DNA of 41,555 bases from Candidatus Omnitrophota bacterium. GTDB lineage: Bacteria > Omnitrophota > Gorgyraeia > B26-G9. Both the position numbers and the translations under genes were made by a program. Numbering within the stretch: position 1 is the first letter of the stretch; each line of letters begins with the position of its first letter. This document shows, in pieces, positions 1 through 7,741 of the stretch. The notes below the pieces were generated by a model. That model had not been told where the DNA came from. It worked only from the letters and a program-made list of their open reading frames with translations, and did not search any database. The stretch spans positions 1 to 41,555 of the forward strand of contig JAMWCB010000001.1 in the NCBI GenBank assembly GCA_023819605.1, written 5' to 3'.

Positions 1-745
1 ACAATAATAAACATTTATTGACTTTGCCGGCGGGAATTTGCGGAGTGATCGTGCCGGTATCGCTGAGTTCGGTCTCGTCAAGCGTAACCTCGCCGGTGCG
101 AATCGTCGTATCCGTAGAAAATTCCGCGACTTGCCAGACGATATTCAGGATCCGGTTATAATCGTAGCTGGAATCGCGTTTCAACTGCAATGTATTATCA
201 TCGGTCAAGTGTCCGGTAACTTTGACGGATTCATCATCATCAGATTGTGCGTTATACCAGCGGGTATTCACCAGCACAAACGACTTAGTTGCGTCTACGG
301 AAGTCGGTAATACCACATCTTTCGTCGTACACGACGTATTGGTGGTCGGCCCGTACACCATGGAACTAAACCCGCGCTGGACAAACACGCCGTCTTCAAA
401 TTCCAGGATATAGAACCGCACGTTTGCCGAGGCATTGCCGTAATCGCGGCTGATAATCAAACTGGTATCGCTTTCGAAGATGCCGGAAAACAAACTATTA
501 TGGATAAAATTACTGGTGTTCGTATCGACGTTCGGATAGACAAAAATCAGCGATTTTGTCTGGTCCAGCTGATTGATCGGCACGCTGACCGTGGCGTCGT
601 CGATATCGAAATACACGTCGCCGGTTTGTACGCGTTTGAGCTGAACCGCCTGCGCCGGCGGGCACCACAACGCCAACAAACAACTAACCAGCAGCAACCC
701 TGCGCCGAACCATCGGATTCCCGTCATTGCCTGCTTCCTGGACAT
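1..745 (-). CDS. Hypothetical secreted protein, partial (C-terminus lies beyond the window start)
   Basis: Not in the ORF track because there is no stop in the window. Manual minus-strand translation from ATG 745-743 gives MSRKQAMTGIRWFGAGLLLVSCLLALWCPPAQAVQLKRVQTGDVYFDIDD... and stays open to nt 1 (248 codons). GGAGG lies 9 nt upstream. The N-terminus is signal-peptide-like and ends AQA. No family recognised. Confidence 0.55.
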   Translation of the reverse strand, partial: MSRKQAMTGIRWFGAGLLLVSCLLALWCPPAQAVQLKRVQTGDVYFDIDDATVSVPINQLDQTKSLIFVYPNVDTNTSNFIHNSLFSGIFESDTSLIISRDYGNASANVRFYILEFEDGVFVQRGFSSMVYGPTTNTSCTTKDVVLPTSVDATKSFVLVNTRWYNAQSDDDESVKVTGHLTDDNTLQLKRDSSYDYNRILNIVWQVAEFSTDTTIRTGEVTLDETELSDTGTITPQIPAGKVNKCLLL

Positions 746-793
746 GTTTTGTACCTCCCCTGGATTCCCGAATGAGGGAATCATCACCACTAA

Positions 794-1240
794 TCATTTT
801 TGAACGGCATTGGCTGCTGCCGCGTCTTCCCGGCTGCTCAACGACGGCGCGCCCGGCTGTACGAACGTCACGGATTTCACCATCGATGCGCGCACTTTTC
901 GTCCATCATCGCGCGTTTGCGTCACTTCATCATAAGCGACCAATACGGTGTCGCCGAACGACAGATCTTCCCATTTACTGCGGCGGATCAATTTCGTTTT
1001 TTTTCGGTCGATCACAAAAGCCGCTTCCAACCCGGCGCCGCTTGCCGGATCGATCCCATAGTTCACCGACAAAAAATTACCGCTGATGCCGCTAATCTCA
1101 CCGGTCAGTTCTTTTGCGACTACCTGTTTCTTCGGCGCGGCCGCAACGGCCGGATCTCCGGCTAACACATCCGCGCACAACCACGCGCTGCTCACCATGG
1201 CCATCAAAAATGCGCTCCCCATCCTTATATACTGCTGCAT
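794..1240 (-). CDS. Hypothetical exported protein (148 aa)
   Basis: ATG at 1240 is preceded by GGGAGGG. The start overlaps the upstream stop (TAATG, 1238-1242). Signal-like N-terminus MGSAFLMAMVSSAWLCADVLA. No family recognised. Confidence 0.6.
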   Translation of the reverse strand: MQQYIRMGSAFLMAMVSSAWLCADVLAGDPAVAAAPKKQVVAKELTGEISGISGNFLSVNYGIDPASGAGLEAAFVIDRKKTKLIRRSKWEDLSFGDTVLVAYDEVTQTRDDGRKVRASMVKSVTFVQPGAPSLSSREDAAAANAVQK

Positions 1241-2460
1241 TATTCATCCCTCCCTGGCCGATGCTGCTCTTTACGAACCACCCGTATACTGGCAAAGGTA
1301 AAATCCTGCGCCGAATTTCCGTCTCGTCGCACACTGAGCACACCGCGCATCTGTGAATTTTCCACCTCGCCGCGCCATGAAGCGGTTCCGTTCCCGGAAG
1401 ATTGCATTGTTTCCCAAGACAGTAAGGCTTCCTCGCGCGTCACGGAAAAATTACTCGGCCCGAACCCTTGTTCCGTCAAAAAAGCTGAACTGAATTTACC
1501 CTGAAAAAATGTTAGCGCGTCGTTTTTGACGGCTCCATCCGGCGCAACCAAACGAATCCGCCATTCGGTATTTTCTAAATCGCGCACCGTGACGGATGCC
1601 GTTTCAACGACCACTGCCGGCGCTCCACGTTCCTCGACGCGCACCTGCCGCTTTTCCGGGCGCACAAACAACACACCGGCAAACGCGGCCGCGAGAAGAA
1701 TTACCATCAAAACAAACTGCCGCACCGACGAAAATTTCGAACGAGAATTAGAATTACGCGGCTGGTCCGCATCCGGCGCTGTCGGCGCAGGGGCAGGCTG
1801 CCGCATCGCGTATATTTCTTCCTGAACACGCTGCATAAATTCCGGAGATCCGATAATCCCCTTGCGCAATCCTTTTTCCAACTCCGCCGGCTCCTCGCTT
1901 TCTACCCATGCGGCTAAGCGTTCGTCATAACTGCGTTCAGACAAAATAACTTTCAACCCTTCAGAAAACGATTCCAATGGCACGCTTCCCGGCGGGCAGA
2001 GCGCACTATTTCCAGCGGAACGATACCACGCAGAGCTGTTATACGCCACCGGCTTCGCCTGGCCACTGCTTTCGCTTTTTTTTGCCGCCAAATGAATAAT
2101 ATGGCACATCGCCACTACATATACCGGAGAATCTTCCACCACTACTGCCCGGAACCGCTCCCGGAACAAATGGCCTTTACGCTGATACTGTCCGTTATAA
2201 TATTTTGTATACGCCGAATTTAAATTATGCATAAACTGGGATACGCCGGCTTTATTGTCCATGGCCAGCAATAAATGCATCTGCTCCGGCAACAACGCAT
2301 ATGCGCGAATGCCCGCGCCGTATTCCTTAATATATTTCGCCAATAAACTCATGTACATTTCGTAATCGCACTCCTGCGTAAAAATCTGCACTCCCGGTAA
2401 ACTACGGCACGTTATATAATAAACACATCCCTGTATATAAACTCTCGGTAAACGCGGCAT
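1240..2460 (-). CDS. IS200/RayT-like (Y1 HUH transposase fold) domain protein, apparently catalytically degenerate, with TM helix and C-terminal extracytoplasmic domain
   Basis: 406 aa, ATG 2460. The N-terminal ~130 aa follow the REP-associated tyrosine transposase pattern (PRVYIQGCVYYITCR, LLPEQMHLLL, KGHLFRERF). The HUH position reads Q-M-H. The helix that normally carries the catalytic Tyr (Y-I-x-x-N-P) reads MCHIIHLAAKK. A linker follows, then one TM helix (FVLMVILLAAAFAGVLFV) and a ~135-aa C-terminal domain. Confidence 0.7.
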   Translation of the reverse strand: MPRLPRVYIQGCVYYITCRSLPGVQIFTQECDYEMYMSLLAKYIKEYGAGIRAYALLPEQMHLLLAMDNKAGVSQFMHNLNSAYTKYYNGQYQRKGHLFRERFRAVVVEDSPVYVVAMCHIIHLAAKKSESSGQAKPVAYNSSAWYRSAGNSALCPPGSVPLESFSEGLKVILSERSYDERLAAWVESEEPAELEKGLRKGIIGSPEFMQRVQEEIYAMRQPAPAPTAPDADQPRNSNSRSKFSSVRQFVLMVILLAAAFAGVLFVRPEKRQVRVEERGAPAVVVETASVTVRDLENTEWRIRLVAPDGAVKNDALTFFQGKFSSAFLTEQGFGPSNFSVTREEALLSWETMQSSGNGTASWRGEVENSQMRGVLSVRRDGNSAQDFTFASIRVVRKEQHRPGRDE

Positions 2461-2509
2461 ACGCTCATCGCATCCTTTTTCTTTCTTTTACCAATCCCTG
2501 CACCGCTTT

Positions 2510-2558
2510 TGCCTGGCACTTTTTACACCCCAACCCCTGGTGCCTGGCACTTTTTACA
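2510..2558. repeat. 18-bp perfect direct repeat x2 (TGCCTGGCACTTTTTACA), 31-bp period, upstream of the Y1-like gene
   Basis: Copies at 2510-2527 and 2541-2558, read directly. They lie 50-98 nt upstream of ATG 2460 (minus-strand gene). The second copy sits in the palindrome GTGCCTGGCAC. Confidence 0.85.
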
Positions 2559-2560
2559 TA

Positions 2561-2595
2561 AATAAAAAAATACCCAGGCAAAATACTGCCTGGGT
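2561..2595 (-). terminator. Rho-independent terminator (minus strand)
   Basis: On the minus strand: ACCCAGGCA-GTATTT-TGCCTGGGT (9-bp stem, 2572-2595) followed by ATTTTTTTATT (2561-2571). Confidence 0.7.
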
Positions 2596-2985
2596 AAATG
2601 AAATTTCTCTCAGATGTCTTCTTTGGATGAGCAGCCTGCCGATCCCGTAAAACCAGGATGCACGGCTTTGCGTCCTCGTGTTACCACGCACGCTCACACC
2701 CAGCGTGTCCGTCAAAATCCATGACGGAAGTTTGCCTTTTTCTCCTAATAAAATAATACCATGGAATCCCGCATTCTGCAACTTTCGGCGGAATTCCACA
2801 ACCAAGCGAATCCGTTCTAAACCTACCGCACAAAACATGCCGCATCCTTGCGCTTACTGGATCTCGTTGGTTCGTCCCGAGCATCCGCGCTGTCAAAAAC
2901 GCAGACTCGGGTATTTCTTTTACTATCGTTCGGCTACCCGCGCTACCAATCTCCGCTTTTTCTTCCGGCGGTGCGTGTAGTTCAT

Positions 2986-3744
2986 TTACCGTTTACCGGT
3001 AGCGCACAAATACAAAGAAAACTCCTCTTTCCCGTCGGCACGCACCAGCTCGTCCATCCGCTGCTGATCATACGCGGCAATCGCGCAGGCGCCGGCATTG
3101 ATTGCTTCGCAGGCCAGATACAAATTCTGACAGACATGGCCGGCATCCAGAGCGATGACCTTGCCGGCAGCCGCGCCATAGCGCCACTCCATGCGGTAAG
3201 GAACCGCCGTCCAGATGAACGTCGCGGCCGTCGCGGCAAGAAACTCCTGACCCAACGCCGCGGCAACCAATTTCGCGGCTAAACCCGCATCTGCATACAC
3301 GCACACCAATTCATGCGATAAAGGCAAATAACGGTATATCCCCCGCGGCAGCGCTTCAATCCGCAGCGCGCACACATAGGTCTCAAACGCATGCCGCGCC
3401 CCGGCTGACGGCACGGTGCGAAAGGTCGCCGTATCGCCGAACTTCCGCTGCAGCCCCTGCGCCGCCCAGAGCAAAAACGCTGTTTCTTCCAGCGAAAACG
3501 GCTGCGCCGCAAATTTTCGGCGGCTTCGCCGGCTGTTCATTGCGCCGGCCAGATCGACGCTGCCGATACGCGTCCACTGCGCGCGTTTCGGCAAAACGAT
3601 ACGCGCGGCCTGCGGATCGGCCGCTTTTTCAAACGGCGGCGGCGGAATACCTCTGCCCTGATCGGTTTTCGAAAAATCGACCCGCCGGCGCACCGTATCT
3701 TTTAAAAATTCCCGATACTGAACATCCCCGGGTAGGTCGCTCAC
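2986..3744 (-). CDS. SagB/ThcOx-type nitroreductase-family dehydrogenase
   Basis: 252 aa. The GTG start at 3744 forms GTGA with the upstream stop. Nitroreductase-fold motifs typical of the SagB subgroup: NSRRSRRKF, FRTVPSAGARHAFETYV, GIYRYLP, AVPYRMEWRYG, ALDAGHVCQNLYLACEA. Confidence 0.8.
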   Translation of the reverse strand: MSDLPGDVQYREFLKDTVRRRVDFSKTDQGRGIPPPPFEKAADPQAARIVLPKRAQWTRIGSVDLAGAMNSRRSRRKFAAQPFSLEETAFLLWAAQGLQRKFGDTATFRTVPSAGARHAFETYVCALRIEALPRGIYRYLPLSHELVCVYADAGLAAKLVAAALGQEFLAATAATFIWTAVPYRMEWRYGAAAGKVIALDAGHVCQNLYLACEAINAGACAIAAYDQQRMDELVRADGKEEFSLYLCATGKR

Positions 3745-4859
3745 GCGTTCACCTTTTGAAATATTTTCCGGTCGCCGTCGATCATTTTAAAAAGCTGCCG
3801 CGCCTCGCCCAATAATATTTCCGTCGCCCCCATGACAAAATAACCGAACGGCTGCAAGGCCTGATAAAATTTCATAATCAAATGTTCCTGTAAACTCCGG
3901 TTGAAATAAATAAACACGTTCCGGCACAGCACGATATCGACATGCTCCACCGGCAGATCATGGATTAAATCCCGCGCTTCAAAACGCACCATGCTTTTCA
4001 GATGCGGGACGATTTGAAACTCATCCTGCACCGGCAAAAAAAACCGCTGCAACCGCTCGGCGTTGACGTTTTTTACCATCTCCCGCTTAAAACGGGCGGC
4101 CGGCGCCTTGCGAATACTTGCCCGGTCGATATCCGTGCCGATAATTTCCACGGCAAGAGGGTCTGCTTCTTTTTGCATCGATTCATAAAAAAGAATCGCC
4201 AGCGAATAAGCCTCCGCGCCGCACGACGACCCGGCGCTCCACACGCGCACGCGGCGCTGTCCGTTTTTTTTCTTGTGCATAACCACTGCCGGGATAATCC
4301 GTTCCTGCAAAAACCTCCACACCTCCGGGTCGCGGAAAAAACTGGTCACATTGATCGTCAAAGCGTCGAAAAGTTTTTCGTACTCTTCCGCATCGTGAGT
4401 CAACACCTGCAAATACTCGGAAAACGTTTCCACGCGTTTGGCGCGCATCCGCACACCAACGCGCCGCTTCAATAAATCCTCGCGGTACTGTGAAAAATCC
4501 ACGCCCCGGTCGGCTTTGATTTGCCGCAATAAAAGCTCGTACGCTTCCGCCGTATCGGCGGCGCGCACCGCCGAAGTCTTATGCACGGGATTCGCGCTGA
4601 CTACGTTTACCGCGGCCATCAACTCGCGCAGGATAACCGCGCTGTTTTCCGCCTTGGAATTCTCTACCAAGAGCACCATCGCGCCTTTATCCGTCGTGAC
4701 GTATTTCGGCGGCACGCGCGTCAGGGCATACGCTAATATATCTTCATAACACTGTTCGCAGGTGCAAATATCTTTGCGCGTCGCCAGCATATTTTTTAAA
4801 TAATTTCTGGCCAGCGTTTCCATGATATTATAGGGGGCTGTTCCTTCACCGCTCGTCAT
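3741..4859 (-). CDS. ComFB-domain / CheR-type protein-glutamate O-methyltransferase fusion (paralog 1)
   Basis: N-terminal ComFB-type domain (NIMETLARNYL...DICTCEQCYEDILAYALTRVPPKYVTT...VVSANP). Then the CheR N-terminal helical domain (DFSQYREDLLKRRVGVRMR...TINVTSFFRD) and the SAM-MTase core (RVWSAGSSCGAEAYSLAI, IGTDID, LCRNVFIYFN). Start set at ATG 4859 by alignment with paralog 2; the ORF-track start is 4913. Confidence 0.85.
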   Translation of the reverse strand: MTSGEGTAPYNIMETLARNYLKNMLATRKDICTCEQCYEDILAYALTRVPPKYVTTDKGAMVLLVENSKAENSAVILRELMAAVNVVSANPVHKTSAVRAADTAEAYELLLRQIKADRGVDFSQYREDLLKRRVGVRMRAKRVETFSEYLQVLTHDAEEYEKLFDALTINVTSFFRDPEVWRFLQERIIPAVVMHKKKNGQRRVRVWSAGSSCGAEAYSLAILFYESMQKEADPLAVEIIGTDIDRASIRKAPAARFKREMVKNVNAERLQRFFLPVQDEFQIVPHLKSMVRFEARDLIHDLPVEHVDIVLCRNVFIYFNRSLQEHLIMKFYQALQPFGYFVMGATEILLGEARQLFKMIDGDRKIFQKVNA

Positions 4860-7125
4860 GCGCGCGCTTCTTTCCCTGTTTTTTTCGCAAAAAATCCCGG
4901 CGGATATCGGCAAACTCGAAGAGATGCTGTTGCCAACCGCGCGGTTTGGTATCCGTAGCTAAAAGGGCGTACACTTCCTGATCCGTCTGCGCCGACAGCA
5001 ACCGGCCGCGGTTTTCCGGTCGGCTAAAAAAAGCGCTGACCTGCGCGATAAACTCTAAATACGGCTCCGCGGCTTCCTCCGGCGCCAAGGTCAGCACGAA
5101 AATCTGCGCCGGTTTTCCGTCGAGCGACTCGAAACCGGCGCCGTCTTTTTTTATGCCGATCGCCACCCGCAGAGAATCTACCACGCGCGTACGGGCGTGG
5201 GGCAAGGCGATGCCTTCCTGCATGCCGGTGGACATATGCCGCTCCCGCTCCATCACTTCCCGCACGACAGTATCCTGTTCGGCTGGGGGCAATTGGCCGG
5301 CCTGCGCGAGCAGCGTCACTAATTCCTGAACAATCTCCTCTTTACTGTTGCCCTGCAGGGCAACGCGTACCGCCTCCGGATGAACATATTTTGCCAAAGA
5401 CTTCCTTCGACGATGTGCGGCCGGCGGCGGATTTTCAAAAATCTTCCGGCCGATTTCCATCCGTTCCGTGACTTTTTCAAGATTTTTTATCACGGATTCG
5501 AACTGCGCCAGCGCTTCATAAAAAAGCGTGTGCACAAACGTCGCGTCTTCTTCCGCGCAGTCAAAAATAAATTCATCCGGCGCATAGCCGAAAGAAATAA
5601 ACGTATTATCGCGCCGCAGTTCATAGCGTTTTTCCTCATGAATCAACAACGCATAGAACCCGTCCTGTTCAAACGCCTGCAAAACCTTCTGCTGCAAAAG
5701 CTCCGCGGTTTCGCGGTTCGGAATGCGATAGCGGATCCGCCGGCGCTGCAAATTCAGACCGTCGGTCTGCCGCAGCGCCGGTTTGTTGCGCGACAGGGCC
5801 GCGGCCATCAACGGCGGCGAAAAAAGCGTCGTCATGAAGACCATGAACACCGCGCTACTGAATACATTTTGCGAAATAATGCCGGAGGCCAGGCCGATCC
5901 CGGCGATGATCAACGCCACCTCTCCCCGCGGCACCATCCCCAATCCGATGATCGACGCGCCGTGCAGCGTAAAATTCAAGCAATACGCCGGCAGCATACC
6001 GCCGAAAAATTTTCCCAGCACGCTGAAGAGCAGATAAATCAGCCCAAAGGACAGAAGCTGCGGCGAAAATAATTCCCGGATATTCACCATCATCCCCATC
6101 ACGCAAAAAAACACGGGCACCATCAATTGCTGAAAAACGCGCAAATGCTTGCGCAGGACAATGGCCAAATCGGTTTTGGACAGGGAAATTCCGGCTACAT
6201 AGGCGCCGATAATCATCGCCAGCCCGAATTTTTCAAACAAACCCGCGGCGAGCAGAGCCAGCGCAAACCCGATAATCGTAATCGATTCCGTATTCCCGCT
6301 GCGTTTGAGCACACGGCTGAACGGCCGGGCAAAGGCGATTCCCAAGGCGCTGGCTCCCAGCCATAGCCCCACGGTTTTCAAAAAAACTGCCGCCAATGCC
6401 GGCAGGTCAAATCCGGCCTTGCGCCGAATCATCCCCATGATTATCGCCAAAGCCACAATACCGAGCACGTCGTCTATAATTGCCGCGGAGAGAATCGTGG
6501 TGCCTTCCGGGGAATCCATTTTCCGCTTATCGGCAAGAATACGCGCGCTGATTCCCACCGACGTGGCCGTGCCGATAATCCCCAGGAATAATACCGCCGG
6601 ATCCGTAAACCGGTGCGCCTGTCCGGTGGCCGTGCCTAAAAAGAAAACCGCGCTGAGCGCGCAAAACACGAAACTTACCACCACGCCGCCGCAACCGACC
6701 AGCGCGCCGGCCAAAGAAAAGCGGAATAAAACGTCCAAATTGGTTTCCAGGCCGACCATAAACAACAGAATAATCGAGGCCAGGGTCGCGACGCCGTACA
6801 GTTCCAACGTAACCGGGAATGCCGGTTGAACCGGAAATAACCCCTGGGCAAATCCCGGCAGGGGGATACTCCCGAGAAGATAGGGGCCGATAATCACCCC
6901 GCTAAAAAATTCTCCCATGACCGCCGGCACGTTCAGGGCATGAAAAAACGCGCCGCCGAGCCGGGCGGCGACTAAGATGATCCCCACCTGAAAAATAAAC
7001 ATTGTCGTCTGTTCGATAAACGCGCCGTCCGCGCCGCCGGACGCACAACAAAACGCCGGGGCCAGGCAGACGAACAGCCCCGCGCCGCATACACTGCCGA
7101 TACTCCGCACTATTTTACTGCCCAT
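4846..7125 (-). CDS. CPA2-type cation:proton antiporter fused to a C-terminal PTS EIIA type-2 (fructose/Ntr-like) domain
   Basis: Start moved to ATG 7125 (MGSKIVRSIGSVCGAGLFVCL...), because the track start 7329 lies inside the upstream gene. Multi-TM Na+/H+-exchanger-family core (VMGEFFSGVIIGPYLLG...). A ~150-aa cytoplasmic linker follows. The C-terminal EIIA-2 domain carries the GIALPHAR His motif. Confidence 0.85.
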   Translation of the reverse strand: MGSKIVRSIGSVCGAGLFVCLAPAFCCASGGADGAFIEQTTMFIFQVGIILVAARLGGAFFHALNVPAVMGEFFSGVIIGPYLLGSIPLPGFAQGLFPVQPAFPVTLELYGVATLASIILLFMVGLETNLDVLFRFSLAGALVGCGGVVVSFVFCALSAVFFLGTATGQAHRFTDPAVLFLGIIGTATSVGISARILADKRKMDSPEGTTILSAAIIDDVLGIVALAIIMGMIRRKAGFDLPALAAVFLKTVGLWLGASALGIAFARPFSRVLKRSGNTESITIIGFALALLAAGLFEKFGLAMIIGAYVAGISLSKTDLAIVLRKHLRVFQQLMVPVFFCVMGMMVNIRELFSPQLLSFGLIYLLFSVLGKFFGGMLPAYCLNFTLHGASIIGLGMVPRGEVALIIAGIGLASGIISQNVFSSAVFMVFMTTLFSPPLMAAALSRNKPALRQTDGLNLQRRRIRYRIPNRETAELLQQKVLQAFEQDGFYALLIHEEKRYELRRDNTFISFGYAPDEFIFDCAEEDATFVHTLFYEALAQFESVIKNLEKVTERMEIGRKIFENPPPAAHRRRKSLAKYVHPEAVRVALQGNSKEEIVQELVTLLAQAGQLPPAEQDTVVREVMERERHMSTGMQEGIALPHARTRVVDSLRVAIGIKKDGAGFESLDGKPAQIFVLTLAPEEAAEPYLEFIAQVSAFFSRPENRGRLLSAQTDQEVYALLATDTKPRGWQQHLFEFADIRRDFLRKKQGKKRAHDER

Positions 7126-7741
7126 CGGTATATTCCCTATGGTTACGCAGCGCGCGCCCCGCCGCAGCCGAGGATTTGCCGCTGCTTCCCGCGCCGACTG
7201 CCGGAAAACCGTCGGCCGGATTCCAAAGCCCCCGTTCCTGCGCGCGCGCGTCTGATTGCAACCGCCGCAACAACTCCGCATATTTAACGTTCGGCGGCAT
7301 GGTATAGACCGCGGCATAGCCGTCGGCAACCAGTTTTCCGTTCACCAACGTCCCGTCCGGCAAAAACACATACGCCAACAACCGTCGATACCGATCGCGG
7401 CGCTCAACATCAAATTCCAAACGGACCGCCTTTGCCTCGACCAGCGACCGCGTATAGAGCCGGGCGCGCGCTCCCTGCGCCGCGATTACCGTCTGGTCGC
7501 GTTTGGTGCGCGCGCTGTCCCGCTGCATTTTACCTGAACGGTGGCATTCCGGCGTATCGATACCGAGCAAACGCACCCGCTCGCCGTTCGCGAGCAGCAG
7601 CGTATCGCCGTCGATAACTTTTTCCACCACGATCTGCCGGTACTGCGCAGCGTTCCAGTAGGTAGCCACGCCGGTTCCCACGGCGAGCAGCGCCACCCAC
7701 GCCGCTGCGGCGGCGCGCGCCAGCCGGCGCCGGCCGCTCAC
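7115..7741 (-). CDS. Membrane-anchored thermonuclease (staphylococcal nuclease, SNase family)
   Basis: SNase motifs: VIDGDTLLL, RVRLLGIDTPE, RDRYRRLLAYVF, NGKLVADGYA, ARAQERGLW. The N-terminal hydrophobic anchor is LARAAAAAWVALLAVGTGVATYW. Preferred start is GTG 7741, which forms GTGA with the upstream stop. The track start 7861 would overlap the upstream gene by 124 nt. Confidence 0.8.
   Translation of the reverse strand: MSGRRRLARAAAAAWVALLAVGTGVATYWNAAQYRQIVVEKVIDGDTLLLANGERVRLLGIDTPECHRSGKMQRDSARTKRDQTVIAAQGARARLYTRSLVEAKAVRLEFDVERRDRYRRLLAYVFLPDGTLVNGKLVADGYAAVYTMPPNVKYAELLRRLQSDARAQERGLWNPADGFPAVGAGSSGKSSAAAGRALRNHREYTDGQ

Noticed and set aside
1240-2460. An active IS200/IS605- or REP-associated transposase (mobile element)
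   Set aside because: The HUH motif and the catalytic Tyr appear degenerate. The protein carries a TM helix and an extra domain. It is translationally coupled to neighbouring genes, and there are no flanking terminal hairpins or REP arrays.
2510-2558. TGGCAC in each direct repeat, as a sigma54 -24 element
   Set aside because: The -12 position reads ACA rather than TTGC. The orientation is also wrong: it is on the plus strand and points away from the only nearby gene start, which is on the minus strand.
2596-2985. Possible RNase P RNA, tmRNA, SRP or 6S RNA gene in the ~390-nt ORF-free stretch upstream of the terminator
   Set aside because: I looked on both strands for hallmark strings: the GAGGAAAGUCCGGGC and ACAGAA.CCGGCUUA types for RNase P, the GGGG...GGAUUCGACGGG 5' end and GGUUCGA.UCC...ACCA 3' end for tmRNA, and the GGAAGCAGCC type for SRP. 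None was found. It is kept only as an unexplained non-coding region.
2986-3744. The SagB-type dehydrogenase as a marker of a thiazole/oxazole-modified peptide (TOMM) cluster
   Set aside because: No YcaO cyclodehydratase, no C-protein, and no Cys/Ser/Thr-rich precursor ORF nearby. Stand-alone SagB-like nitroreductases are common.
5380-6072. Long antisense ORFs opposite real genes (also 13694-14578, 14475-15203, 17597-18238, 20379-20903, 22172-22996, 23652-24449, 26949-27686, 32826-33410)
   Set aside because: These are shadow ORFs typical of GC-rich DNA. Their translations are Arg/Pro/His/Gln-rich with no motifs, and each is fully covered by a well-supported gene on the opposite strand.
7126-7329. 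N-terminal extensions in track ORFs (antiporter 7126-7329, dksA-like 11443-11628, ileS 14312-14344, cheC 9479-9556, wecB 33180-33224, SxtJ-like 33727-33840, surface protein 41100-41159)
   Set aside because: The extensions overlap upstream genes, promoters, repeats or a terminator hairpin, and they translate to non-protein-like sequence. Internal ATGs with Shine-Dalgarno sequences and family-consistent N-termini were chosen instead.
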